64,000 nucleotides of DNA from Rhodocyclaceae bacterium (GTDB taxonomy: Bacteria > Pseudomonadota > Gammaproteobacteria > Burkholderiales > Rhodocyclaceae). The position numbers and the translations under genes were made by a program. The first letter of the stretch is position 1, and every line of letters starts with the position of its first letter. Positions 1-8,785 of this stretch are shown piece by piece. Below the pieces are notes generated by a model. The model made no database searches. It saw only the letters and a list, made by a program, of their open reading frames with translations, and had not been told where the DNA came from. The stretch covers positions 554 to 64,553 of the forward strand of contig JBAQRB010000024.1 of assembly GCA_049295655.1 (NCBI GenBank). The letters are read 5' to 3'.

Positions 1-1
1 G

Positions 2-67
2 GAAGTCCTCGCCCGGCTGATCGATGAATTCCTGGCCCTGAAGGGCGAAGGCGAGACGCCGTTCTAG
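2..67 (+). CDS. 3' end of an unidentified CDS (partial, runs off window)
   Basis: Open frame from the window edge to TAG at 65-67 (..EVLARLIDEFLALKGEGETPF*). Only 21 codons are visible, so no product can be assigned. Confidence 0.3.
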   Translation, partial: EVLARLIDEFLALKGEGETPF

Positions 68-85
68 CCCGGCGTCAGCGCCGGA

Positions 86-1327
86 TCAGGAAGCGCCCTG
101 GATGTAGTAATCGACCCGGCCGCGCGGTGCGAGATATTCGACGACGCCAAGCGGCAAGGTCGCCGGGTTGAGCGCGCTGGTCACCGAAATGTCGGTCCCG
201 CGCAGGTCGAGCATGATCGCCTCGCTACGCGGCACTTCGGTGTCGTGCAGCATCAACAGCGGGTGCAGGATGTCGGCCGAGTTGGACTCGATCACCAGTC
301 CGACCGCACCGTTCGACAGCGCGACGAAACTGCCGGGCGGATAGACGCCGAGCGTCTTGACGAATGCCTTGAGCAGTTCGCCCTGAAAAAGCGCCGCTTC
401 GCTCTTGAAAAGATAGGCGATCGTTCCGGCCGGCGTCTTCGCCTGCTTGATGTCGAACGGGTTGCACAGGTTGTCGTAGCGGTTGGCGAGCGCGACCAGT
501 CTGGCGAGCTTGGGAATTTTTTCGGCGACCAGATGGTTCGGATAGCCGCTGCCATCCCAGCACTCGTGATGGCAGGCAATGATGTTCCTGACCGGCGTCT
601 CGAGATCGCGGATGCCGGCGACCGCCTTGATCCCGTAGCCGATATGGGCGCGGTAGAAATCCTCTTCGGGTCGCGTGCGGTTGCTCGACAACAGGATGCG
701 CGACGGCACCTCGTTCTTGCCGACGTCGTGCAGCAGCGCGCCCATCCCCAGCCACTTCATTTCGTCCTCGGACAACCCGATCGCCTTGCCGAGCAGCAAC
801 GAAAGCATCATCACATTGACCGAATGCGCGGCCAGCCCGCCGTCCTTGGCCTTGCTGTTGACCAGGTGGATGACCTCGCTCTGCGCGCCGATCAGGCTGC
901 TGACCAGTCGTCCGACCAGTGCCCTGGCCTGCGCGTGCGCCTCAAGCGGGCGGCCGGCGACGGTCTTCAGGATGTCGCCGGCGGCGACCATGTCTTTTTC
1001 GTACTCGCGCTCGCGCCGGGCGAACTGATCGCGCAGGACGCGCACGCGCTCGCTGCGCGAACGCTTCTCGTCGAGCATGCCGGCCAGCGCGCTGCCCCCG
1101 AAATCCTCCTCCTCGAGAACGGCCACCGCGGAATCCGACAAGGGTTGCACCGTACTGCGCTCGGGGTCCCAGGAAATCTCCCGCAAGCCCATTTCGCGCA
1201 GGGTCTGAATCTGCTTCTCGCTGGAGATGCAAAAATCGCTGAGAACGAAAGGGTGCTTCAGCCAGCCGATCTCCGAAAGCGAAATGAAGATGCCGGGTTG
1301 CAGGTGATCGACGCGTATTTTCTGCAT
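86..1327 (-). CDS. HD-GYP domain protein (putative c-di-GMP phosphodiesterase) with N-terminal extension
   Basis: 413-aa ORF with ATG at 1327. HD and GYP signatures are present (LLHDVGK ... HHECWDGSGYP). The plus-strand ORF 245..1360 is a shadow ORF. Confidence 0.85.
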   Translation of the reverse strand: MQKIRVDHLQPGIFISLSEIGWLKHPFVLSDFCISSEKQIQTLREMGLREISWDPERSTVQPLSDSAVAVLEEEDFGGSALAGMLDEKRSRSERVRVLRDQFARREREYEKDMVAAGDILKTVAGRPLEAHAQARALVGRLVSSLIGAQSEVIHLVNSKAKDGGLAAHSVNVMMLSLLLGKAIGLSEDEMKWLGMGALLHDVGKNEVPSRILLSSNRTRPEEDFYRAHIGYGIKAVAGIRDLETPVRNIIACHHECWDGSGYPNHLVAEKIPKLARLVALANRYDNLCNPFDIKQAKTPAGTIAYLFKSEAALFQGELLKAFVKTLGVYPPGSFVALSNGAVGLVIESNSADILHPLLMLHDTEVPRSEAIMLDLRGTDISVTSALNPATLPLGVVEYLAPRGRVDYYIQGAS

Positions 1328-1548
1328 GGTGTTGATTCAGTCCTGATCGCTTTTCCGTAATTGTAGCGGACAACAACAACCGGCAAGGGTTCAGCGCATG
1401 GCGGAATGGCGCGCGGCGCTTCGATCCGCACGAAAAAGACAGCGAACTTTTCCCGCCCGGAAGTGCCCAATTGGTGTCGAACCGTCGGGAATATCCGCGC
1501 CTGACGCCAAATCGCACATTCGCCTACCCACTCAAGAAGGAATCGAAC

Positions 1549-2052
1549 ATGGCAAACACCGTAACGCTGGGCGGCAACGCGCTGCAGGTCGATGGCAATT
1601 TCCCGCAAAAGGGTCAGACAGCGCCTGACTTCAGTCTGGTCGGCAAGAATCTGGCGGACGAGACCCTCGCCAGCTTCGCTGGCAAGCGCAAGATCCTGAA
1701 CATTTTCCCGAGCATCGACACGCCAACCTGTGCAACCTCGGTGCGCAAGTTCAACCAGACCGCCAACGATCTCGACAATACCGTCGTGCTCTGCATTTCC
1801 GCCGACCTGCCTTTCGCACAGGCCCGCTTCTGCGGCGCGGAAAACCTCGCCAACGTCGTCACCCTGTCGACCATGCGCGGCGCCGACTTCCTCAAAAATT
1901 ACGGCGTCGCCCTGAGCAGCGGCCCGCTCTGCGGCGTTGCCGCACGCGCCGTCGTCGTTCTTGACGAAAACAACAAGGTGCTGCACAGCGAACTGGTCGG
2001 CGAAATCAAGGACGAACCCGATTACGACGCAGCGCTCAAGGCGCTCGCCTGA
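1549..2052 (+). CDS. tpx: thiol peroxidase (Tpx, atypical 2-Cys peroxiredoxin)
   Basis: Tpx-like sequence ([17 protein letters not shown]; [18 protein letters not shown]). The ORF track starts at 1471, but ATG 1549 preceded by AAGAAGG gives the canonical ~167-aa length. Confidence 0.9.
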   Translation: MANTVTLGGNALQVDGNFPQKGQTAPDFSLVGKNLADETLASFAGKRKILNIFPSIDTPTCATSVRKFNQTANDLDNTVVLCISADLPFAQARFCGAENLANVVTLSTMRGADFLKNYGVALSSGPLCGVAARAVVVLDENNKVLHSELVGEIKDEPDYDAALKALA

Positions 2053-2189
2053 ACGCAGGGTTTCCCCGTTTTTTCGCGGCGGGGTGCGCTGCTGGCGCCC
2101 AGCCGCGACGTTCCATGCCGCCGCAATGAAAACAGAATAAATAGCGCCAGCCGGGAAGCCGCCGTTTCCCCTGTGGCATACTCCGACGG

Positions 2190-5100
2190 ATGACCGAACC
2201 TCATCCGACCGCCATCTCGCCCAGCCTTTCCCCCGCCGCCTTCCTGGCCCGCTGGCAACATGCCGACGGCTCCGAACTTGCCAATTACCAGCTTTTCGTC
2301 GCCGACCTGTGCAATCTGCTCGGCGTCCCATCGCCCGACCCGGCGCGCGAGGACACGCGCGACAACGCCTACGTCTTCGAGCGCCGCATCACCTTTCGCC
2401 ACGGCGACGGTAGTGTCTCGATGGGGCGCATCGACTGCTACCAGCGCGGCCGCTTCGTGCTCGAAGCCAAGAAGATCAAGCTCGGCGCCTCGACCAAGGG
2501 CTTCGACGACGCCCTGCAGCGCGCTCGCGGCCAGGCCGAAGGCTACGCCCGCGCCTTGCCGTCCGACGAAGGCCGGCCACCGTTCCTGATCGTCGTCGAC
2601 GTCGGCCACGTCATCGAGTTGTACGCCGACTTCACGCGCTCCGGCGCCACCTACACGCCCTTCCCAGACCCGCGCTCGCATCGCATCCGGCTCGCCGATT
2701 TGTGCGACCCCGCCGACGACAGCGCCCGCCAGCGCCTCAAAACCGTCTGGCTCGACCCACTGGCGCTTGATCCAACGCGCGCTTCGGCCAAGGTCACGCG
2801 CGAGATCGCCGAACATCTGGCGAAGATCGCCAAGACGCTCGAAGGCGCCGGCCACCATCCCGAACTCGTCGCCGGCTTCCTCACGCGCTGCCTGTTCTCG
2901 ATGTTCGCCGAAGATGTCGGCCTGCTGCCCAGGCAGAACGGCAAGGGTGCTTTCACCGCACTTCTCGAAACCCTGCAGGGCAACCCGCAGCAATTAGTTC
3001 CGCTGCTCGCTGCGCTCTGGCGCGAGATGGATAGCGGCGGCTTCTCCGTGGTCCTGCGCGAAACGCTGCCGCGCTTCAACGGAAAGCTGTTCAAACGGCC
3101 CGACGTAATTCCGCTCGACCGCGACCAGATCGGCCTGCTGATCGAAGCCGCCAAAGCCGACTGGACACAGGTAGAGCCAGCCATCTTCGGCACCCTGCTC
3201 GAACGCGCCCTATCGACCACCGAGCGCCACGCCCTCGGCGCCCACTACACGCCGCGCGCCTACGTCGAACGCCTCGTCCTGCCCACCGTCGTCGAACCGC
3301 TGCGCGAGCAGTGGCGCAACGTGCAGGCCGCCGCACTACTGCTTGCCAACGAAGGCAAGCTCGACGCGGCACGCGGCGAAGTCGACGCCTTCCACCACCG
3401 CCTGTGCCAGATTCGCGTGCTCGACCCGGCCTGCGGCTCGGCCAACTTCCTGTACGTGACACTCGAACACATGAAGCGCCTCGAAGGCGAAGTGCTCGAC
3501 CAGATGCAGGCGTTCGGCGCCGGACAACAAAGGCTCGAGGCCGAAGGCCTGACCGTCGACCCGCACCAGTTTCTCGGCCTCGAACTCAACCCGCGCGCCG
3601 CGGCGATTGCCGAACTCGTGCTGTGGATCGGCTACCTGCAATGGCACTTCCGCACCAACGGCAGCGGCCTGCCGCCACAACCGATCCTCAAGGATTTCAG
3701 AAACGTCGAATGCCGCGACGCCGTGCTGGCGTGGGACAGCGTCGAAACCGTGCTGGGCGAAGACGGCGTGCCGGTCAGCCGCTGGGACGGCGTGACGACC
3801 AAAACACACCCGGTCACCGGCGAACAAGTGCCCGACGAAATGGCCCGCACGCCACTGCAGCGCTACATCAACCCGCGCAAGGCCGAATGGCCGGCCGCCG
3901 ACTACATCGTCGGAAATCCGCCCTTCATCGGTAACAAACGCATGCGCGATGCGCTCGGCGACGGCTACGTCGAAGCATTGCGCGGCGCCTGGCCGGAGGT
4001 TCCCGAATCAGCCGATCTCGTCATGTTCTGGTGGCACCACGCCGCACAACTCGTCGCGCAAGGCGCGGTGCGGCGTTTCGGCCTGATCACCACCAACAGC
4101 CTGACGCAAACATTCAATCGCCGCGTCGTTCAGGGCGCGCTCGACCAGGGCGTATCGCTCGCTTTTGCCATCCCCGATCACCCATGGGTCGATGCTGCCG
4201 ACGGCGCGGCGGTGCGCATCGCCATGACCGTTGGCGCGATGGATGGTGGCGAAGGGCGCTTGCTCAGCGTCACCGACGAGCGCGAAGGCAAGGGTGAAGG
4301 ACTGGACGTAACCTTGCAGGAACAGGTCGGGCTGCTGCACGCAGATTTGCGGGTTGGGGCTAACGTGGCCGGTACGCGACCGTTGAGTGCAAACGCTGGC
4401 GTAAGCTCAATGGGTTTCATGCTCGCAGGCTCTGGATTTATTGTTACTTCCGAAGAAAGCACTCATCTCGACCCTAATGCGCCGATAAAGGCATACCGGA
4501 ATGGCAAAGACCTGACCGATACGCCGCGCGGTGTTTTTCTTATTGACTGTTATGGCTTCTCGGCGGAACAGCTACGGTTCACCTATCCCGCAACCTACCA
4601 ATGGCTTCATGAACGAGTGAAACCCGAGCGTGACCACAACAATCGACCCAGACTCAAAGAGCAGTGGTGGCTTTTTGCGGAATGCCGAAAAACATTGCGA
4701 TCAGCCTTGACTGGGCTTCCTCGCTACATTGCAACTGTTGAAACCTCGAAGCATCGGCATTTCCAATTTTTGGGCTCCACAATCGCCCCCGATCATCGAT
4801 TGATCGCTATCGCAAGCGCCGATTCATTGCACCTTGGTGTTTTATCGTCTCGAGTTCACGTTACGTGGGCACTTGCATCCGGCGGAACACTTGAGAATCG
4901 TCCGGTTTACAACAAGTCCCGCTGCTTTGATCCGTTCCCCTTCCCCGTCGCCACCCCCGAACAAGCCACCCGCATCCGCGACCTAGCCGAACAGCTCGAC
5001 GCGCACCGTAAGCGCCAGCAGGCCGCGCATGCCGGCCTGACGCTGACCGGCCTATACAACGTGCTTGAGAAATTGAAGAGCGGCGAAGCGCTGAGCGCCA

Positions 5101-5651
5101 AGGAAAAAACCATCCACGAGCAAGGTCTGGTCAGCGTGCTGAAAACCCTGCATGACGAACTCGACGCCGCAGTGCTGGAGGCCTACGGCTGGCGCGACCT
5201 CGCGCCGATGCTGGCCGACCCGGCGCGCAAGGAAGCCGCCAGCGAAACCCTGCTCGTCCGCCTCGTCGCGCTCAACGCCGAACGCGCCGCCGAAGAAGCG
5301 CAGGGCCAGATCCGCTGGTTGCGCCCGGAATTCCAGCACCCGGCCGGAGAGCCAATAAATACGGGCATCTCCATTAACGATGCCGGGAGAACAAGCAAAG
5401 ACGCGGCTTCCAGCGATGCCATTGCGCAGATCGCCATTCCGCGCGCCTCCTGGCCTGCCACCCTGCCCGAACAGGTCGCCGCCGTCGCCCGCGTCCTTGC
5501 CGCCTCGCCCATCCCGCTCAGCCAGGCCGACCTCGCCGCCCGCTTCACCGGCAAGGGCCCGTGGAAGAAACGCCTGCCGCAGATCATCGACACGCTCGAA
5601 GCACTGGGCCGCGTGCGGCGGCAGGGCGATGTCGTGACCGCCACATCTTAA
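2190..5651 (+). CDS. single-polypeptide type IIG/IIL restriction-modification enzyme (MmeI-like: PD-ExK nuclease + N6-adenine methyltransferase + TRD)
   Basis: 1153-aa ORF. It has an N-terminal D..EAK motif (GRIDCYQRGRFVLEAKK), SAM motif I (LDPACGSANFLY) and motif IV (VGNPPFIG). An AT-richer patch at ~4330-4920 sits where the target-recognition domain lies in this family. Confidence 0.8.
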   Translation: MTEPHPTAISPSLSPAAFLARWQHADGSELANYQLFVADLCNLLGVPSPDPAREDTRDNAYVFERRITFRHGDGSVSMGRIDCYQRGRFVLEAKKIKLGASTKGFDDALQRARGQAEGYARALPSDEGRPPFLIVVDVGHVIELYADFTRSGATYTPFPDPRSHRIRLADLCDPADDSARQRLKTVWLDPLALDPTRASAKVTREIAEHLAKIAKTLEGAGHHPELVAGFLTRCLFSMFAEDVGLLPRQNGKGAFTALLETLQGNPQQLVPLLAALWREMDSGGFSVVLRETLPRFNGKLFKRPDVIPLDRDQIGLLIEAAKADWTQVEPAIFGTLLERALSTTERHALGAHYTPRAYVERLVLPTVVEPLREQWRNVQAAALLLANEGKLDAARGEVDAFHHRLCQIRVLDPACGSANFLYVTLEHMKRLEGEVLDQMQAFGAGQQRLEAEGLTVDPHQFLGLELNPRAAAIAELVLWIGYLQWHFRTNGSGLPPQPILKDFRNVECRDAVLAWDSVETVLGEDGVPVSRWDGVTTKTHPVTGEQVPDEMARTPLQRYINPRKAEWPAADYIVGNPPFIGNKRMRDALGDGYVEALRGAWPEVPESADLVMFWWHHAAQLVAQGAVRRFGLITTNSLTQTFNRRVVQGALDQGVSLAFAIPDHPWVDAADGAAVRIAMTVGAMDGGEGRLLSVTDEREGKGEGLDVTLQEQVGLLHADLRVGANVAGTRPLSANAGVSSMGFMLAGSGFIVTSEESTHLDPNAPIKAYRNGKDLTDTPRGVFLIDCYGFSAEQLRFTYPATYQWLHERVKPERDHNNRPRLKEQWWLFAECRKTLRSALTGLPRYIATVETSKHRHFQFLGSTIAPDHRLIAIASADSLHLGVLSSRVHVTWALASGGTLENRPVYNKSRCFDPFPFPVATPEQATRIRDLAEQLDAHRKRQQAAHAGLTLTGLYNVLEKLKSGEALSAKEKTIHEQGLVSVLKTLHDELDAAVLEAYGWRDLAPMLADPARKEAASETLLVRLVALNAERAAEEAQGQIRWLRPEFQHPAGEPINTGISINDAGRTSKDAASSDAIAQIAIPRASWPATLPEQVAAVARVLAASPIPLSQADLAARFTGKGPWKKRLPQIIDTLEALGRVRRQGDVVTATS

Positions 5652-5690
5652 CTATTGCCATATAATGCACAACGTTATACGATCATCGGC

Positions 5691-5969
5691 ATGATTCAGT
5701 CATTCGCCTGCAAGAACACTGCATCACTGTTTGCCGGAAACAACGTGCTGCTCTTCGGAAATTTTCGTGCAGTCGCTGAACGCAAACTACAGATGCTGCA
5801 TCACGCGATCCGGCTGGATGACTTGAGAATCCCGCCACAAAACCGGCTGGAGAAGTTACGCGGCGACCGTGCCGGGCAGTGGAGCATCCGAATCAATGAT
5901 CAGTGGCGCTTATGTTTCCGCTTCGACGACGGCAATGCCTTTGATGTCGAGATTGTCGATTATCACTAG
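5691..5969 (+). CDS. higB: HigB-family (RelE/ParE superfamily) toxin, 'plasmid maintenance system killer'
   Basis: The sequence ends ..RLEKLRGDRAGQWSIRINDQWRLCFRFDDGNAFDVEIVDYH, typical of HigB. ATG 5691 gives 92 aa; the ORF track starts at 5655. A higA-type gene follows 9 nt downstream. Confidence 0.8.
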   Translation: MIQSFACKNTASLFAGNNVLLFGNFRAVAERKLQMLHHAIRLDDLRIPPQNRLEKLRGDRAGQWSIRINDQWRLCFRFDDGNAFDVEIVDYH

Positions 5970-5978
5970 GAGAAAACC

Positions 5979-6290
5979 ATGACTATCAAGAACGGCATGC
6001 GCCCCATCCACCCGGGCGAAATTCTGCGGGAGGAATTCCTGCTCCCACTCAAGCTCTCTGGGCACGCGTTGGCGCTGGCGTTGCGCGTACCGGCGCCGCG
6101 CATCAACGACATCGTCCGCGAAAAACGCGGCATCAGCGCCGACACCGCGCTGCGTCTGGCCCGCTACTTCGGCACCAGCGCCGAATTCTGGCTCGGGCTG
6201 CAGGTTGATTTTGACTTGCGAGCGGCGGAAATCGCCGACGGTGAGCGGATCGTCCGTGAAGTGATGCCGGCTGAACCTCTGGCGGCATAA
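5979..6290 (+). CDS. higA: HigA-family antitoxin (XRE-type HTH)
   Basis: N-terminal IHPGEILREEFLLPL plus an HTH (INDIVREKRGISADTALRLARYFGTSAEFWLGLQVDFDL) are typical of HigA antidote proteins. It lies directly downstream of higB. Confidence 0.85.
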   Translation: MTIKNGMRPIHPGEILREEFLLPLKLSGHALALALRVPAPRINDIVREKRGISADTALRLARYFGTSAEFWLGLQVDFDLRAAEIADGERIVREVMPAEPLAA

Positions 6291-6342
6291 CGGTACTTGC
6301 CATGCAACGCGCGGGCAACCGAAACGAACGCAAGGAGCCAGC

Positions 6343-6540
6343 ATGCGAACCACTTACTACGACGAAGACGATATTTTTGTGATCCGCCTTTCCGACAAGC
6401 CCATCGTGCGCGAGGTTTCACAAGACTGGAACACGCATATCAGCTATGCGGAGGATGATACAGCCGTCGAAATCGTGCTGCTCGACGCACGCGCTTTTGG
6501 CGTACTGCCGATGGAGACGCTGCACGGCAGGGCGGCGTGA
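6343..6540 (+). CDS. DUF2283-like small protein
   Basis: 65-aa ORF (YDEDDIFVIRLSDKPIVREV...TAVEIVLLDA) resembling DUF2283. Its TGA overlaps the GTG of the next ORF (GTGA at 6537-6540). Confidence 0.7.
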   Translation: MRTTYYDEDDIFVIRLSDKPIVREVSQDWNTHISYAEDDTAVEIVLLDARAFGVLPMETLHGRAA

Positions 6541-6764
6541 AACTCGATCCTCACGTAGTCGACGTTTCGTTTGACGAGGCGGCAGTTCACATCGTTCTGG
6601 CCGACGGTCGGGATATTTCCGCACCACGGGCGTGGTTTCCTCGACTGCGGGATGCCTCCCCTACGCAACGCAGCAACTGGCGTTTGATCGGCAAAGGCGT
6701 TGGGGTGCATTGGTCAGAAGTCGATGAAGATATTGCGGTCAGTACGCTGATGCGCAATCACTGA
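6537..6764 (+). CDS. DUF2442-like small protein
   Basis: 75-aa ORF (VSFDEAAVHIVLADGRDISAPRAWFPRLRDASPTQRSNWRLIGKGVGVHWSEVDEDI) resembling DUF2442. GTG start, 4-nt overlap with the upstream ORF. Confidence 0.7.
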   Translation: MKLDPHVVDVSFDEAAVHIVLADGRDISAPRAWFPRLRDASPTQRSNWRLIGKGVGVHWSEVDEDIAVSTLMRNH

Positions 6765-6835
6765 CTGAGCGATGCGGGTTCGCCTAGCTGCCTGAAACCT
6801 TCTGCCAGCGAGCCGAAACGGCTAAAATCCGCCGC

Positions 6836-7423
6836 ATGCCGCCGAACGCCCTGCCTACCGACTACCCGCTCTCCCTGCGCTGCCACCCCGCAACCCCTGC
6901 CCCGCTGGTGCGCACGCTCGAAGCTTGCGTTGCCTTCCAGCCCGATGGCAGCCTGCTGCTGACCTACCGGCTGCGCGGCGAGATCGCCCGCCTGCGCATC
7001 CCCGGGCCACAGGACGCCGAGCGCACCGACGGCCTCTGGCAGCACAGCTGTTTCGAGGCCTTCGTCGGCCGCCAGGGCGACCCGGCCTACCGCGAGTTCA
7101 ACTTCTCGCCGTCGGGGCAATGGGCAGCCTACGCTTTTTCGGACGAGCGGCTGCGCGACGCGGCGAACGACCCGAACGACGCACCGCAGATCACGGTCCA
7201 CCGCTTCGCCGACCGGATCGAACTCGCAGCGATCATTTGCGCAGCCGCCCTGCCGCCCGGCACCGCCGTGCTGCAGATCGGCCTTGCTGCGGTCGTCGAA
7301 GCAACGGAAACGGTCGACGGCGGCCACAGCTACTGGGCGCTGACCCACCCTGCCGACCGCCCCGATTTTCACCGGCGCGCCGCCTTCGCCCTTGAACTGG
7401 CCGACCCGCGCCAAACTGTTTGA
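6836..7423 (+). CDS. DOMON-like / carbohydrate-binding-like domain protein (hypothetical)
   Basis: 195-aa ORF with good GC3 bias. The motif CFEAFVG..YREFNFSPSGQWAAYAF recalls DOMON-like proteins. The assignment is from memory only. Confidence 0.5.
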   Translation: MPPNALPTDYPLSLRCHPATPAPLVRTLEACVAFQPDGSLLLTYRLRGEIARLRIPGPQDAERTDGLWQHSCFEAFVGRQGDPAYREFNFSPSGQWAAYAFSDERLRDAANDPNDAPQITVHRFADRIELAAIICAAALPPGTAVLQIGLAAVVEATETVDGGHSYWALTHPADRPDFHRRAAFALELADPRQTV

Positions 7424-7434
7424 AAGCCCACGCC

Positions 7435-8646
7435 ATGCCCGCCATCCAGTTTGGACTCGACCGCCTGCTGACCGACGCCACGCTACGCCGCCCGCTCGCC
7501 GGCAAACGAATCGCCCTGCTCGCGCACCCCGCTTCGGTGAGCGCCGACCTGACGCACGCGCTCGACGCACTCGCCGCGCTGCCCGACCTCGAGCTCACTG
7601 CCGCCTTCGGCCCGCAACACGGCCTGCGCGGCGACAAGCAGGACAACATGGTCGAGTCGCCCGACTATCTCGATCCGCTGCTCGGCATCCCGGTCTTCAG
7701 CCTGTACGGCGAAGTGCGCCGCCCGACGGCGGCGATGATGGACAGCTTCGACGTGCTGCTGATCGACCTGCAGGATCTCGGCTGCCGCATCTACACCTTC
7801 ATCACGACGCTGCGCTACCTGCTCGAAGCGGCAGCCGAACACGGCAAGCAGGTGTGGATACTCGACCGGCCGAATCCCGCCGGCCGTCCGGTCGAAGGTC
7901 TGCTGCTGCGCCCCGGCTGGGAAAGCTTCGTCGGCGCCGGCCCGCTGCCGATGCGGCACGGCCTGACGATGGGCGAGCTGGCGCGCTGGTTCATCGCGGC
8001 ACTCAAGCTCGACGTCGACTGCCAGGTCATCGCCATGCACGGCTGGTCGCCCGCTGCCGGGCCGGGCTACGGCTGGCCGCTCGGCGAACGGACGTGGATC
8101 AACCCGAGCCCGAACGCGCCCAATCTCTCGATGGCGCGCTGCTACGCCGGCACCGTGCTGCTCGAAGGCACGACGCTCTCCGAGGGAAGAGGCACGACCC
8201 GCCCGCTCGAACTCTTCGGCGCCCCGGACATCGACGCGCGCGCGCTGATCGGCGAAATGCACGCGCTGGCGCCGCAATGGCTGTGCGGCTGCCGCCTGCG
8301 CGACTGCTGGTTCGAGCCGACCTTCCACAAGCACGCCGGCCAGCTATGCAACGGCGTGCAGATTCACGTCGAGGACGCCAGCTACCAGCATGCCGACTTC
8401 CGCCCGTGGCGCCTGCAGGCGCTCGCCTTCAAGGCGCTGCGCCGCCTGCAGCCCGACTACGCGATCTGGCGCGACTTCGGCTACGAGTACGAACACGAGC
8501 GGCTGGCCATCGACCTGATCAACGGCAGTCCGCTGCTGCGCGAGTGGGTCGACGATGCGCAGGCAACGCCGGCCGACTTCGACGCGCTGGTTGCGCCGGA
8601 CGAAGCGGCTTGGGAGGCGGAGCGGAAGGCATTTTTGTTGTATTGA
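7435..8646 (+). CDS. namZ: DUF1343 family protein (NamZ-like exo-beta-N-acetylmuramidase)
   Basis: ~403-aa protein with the overall DUF1343/YbbC pattern (FGLDRLL..GKRIALLAHPASV.. FGPQHGLRGD). The ORF track starts at TTG 7420; ATG 7435 is preferred. Confidence 0.75.
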   Translation: MPAIQFGLDRLLTDATLRRPLAGKRIALLAHPASVSADLTHALDALAALPDLELTAAFGPQHGLRGDKQDNMVESPDYLDPLLGIPVFSLYGEVRRPTAAMMDSFDVLLIDLQDLGCRIYTFITTLRYLLEAAAEHGKQVWILDRPNPAGRPVEGLLLRPGWESFVGAGPLPMRHGLTMGELARWFIAALKLDVDCQVIAMHGWSPAAGPGYGWPLGERTWINPSPNAPNLSMARCYAGTVLLEGTTLSEGRGTTRPLELFGAPDIDARALIGEMHALAPQWLCGCRLRDCWFEPTFHKHAGQLCNGVQIHVEDASYQHADFRPWRLQALAFKALRRLQPDYAIWRDFGYEYEHERLAIDLINGSPLLREWVDDAQATPADFDALVAPDEAAWEAERKAFLLY

Positions 8647-8654
8647 CAAAAGAC

Positions 8655-8767
8655 GGTTTAACCACAACGGGCACAACGAACACAACGAAAACCAGAAGAT
8701 AAATGTTTTTGAATTTCGTTGTGCCCGTTGTGCCCGTTGTGGTTAATGCCTCTTTCGTTGTGGTTAA
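8655..8767. repeat. intergenic inverted-repeat element built from tandem 9-nt units (copy A)
   Basis: Left arm TTAACCACAACGGGCACAACGAACACAACGAAA (8658-8690). Right arm TTTCGTTGTGCCCGTTGTGCCCGTTGTGGTTAA (8714-8746). The 33-nt arms are complementary except for 2 positions. An extra partial unit TTTCGTTGTGGTTAA lies at 8753-8767. Confidence 0.85.
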
Positions 8768-8785
8768 TATCTCTTTAAATCCCCC

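Noticed and set aside
2190-5651. I considered whether the large methyltransferase is a BREX PglX or a DISARM component.
   Set aside because: No PglZ, BrxC, BrxL or other BREX/DISARM partners are adjacent. The N-terminal D..EAK nuclease-like motif fits a stand-alone MmeI-type enzyme better.
8655-8767. I considered whether the tandem 9-nt units (also at 17606-17742 and 30581-30702) could be a miniature CRISPR array.
   Set aside because: The units are contiguous with no unique spacers and the repeats are only 9 nt long. They form two inverted arms, and there are no cas genes. I treat this as a REP/MITE-like palindromic element.
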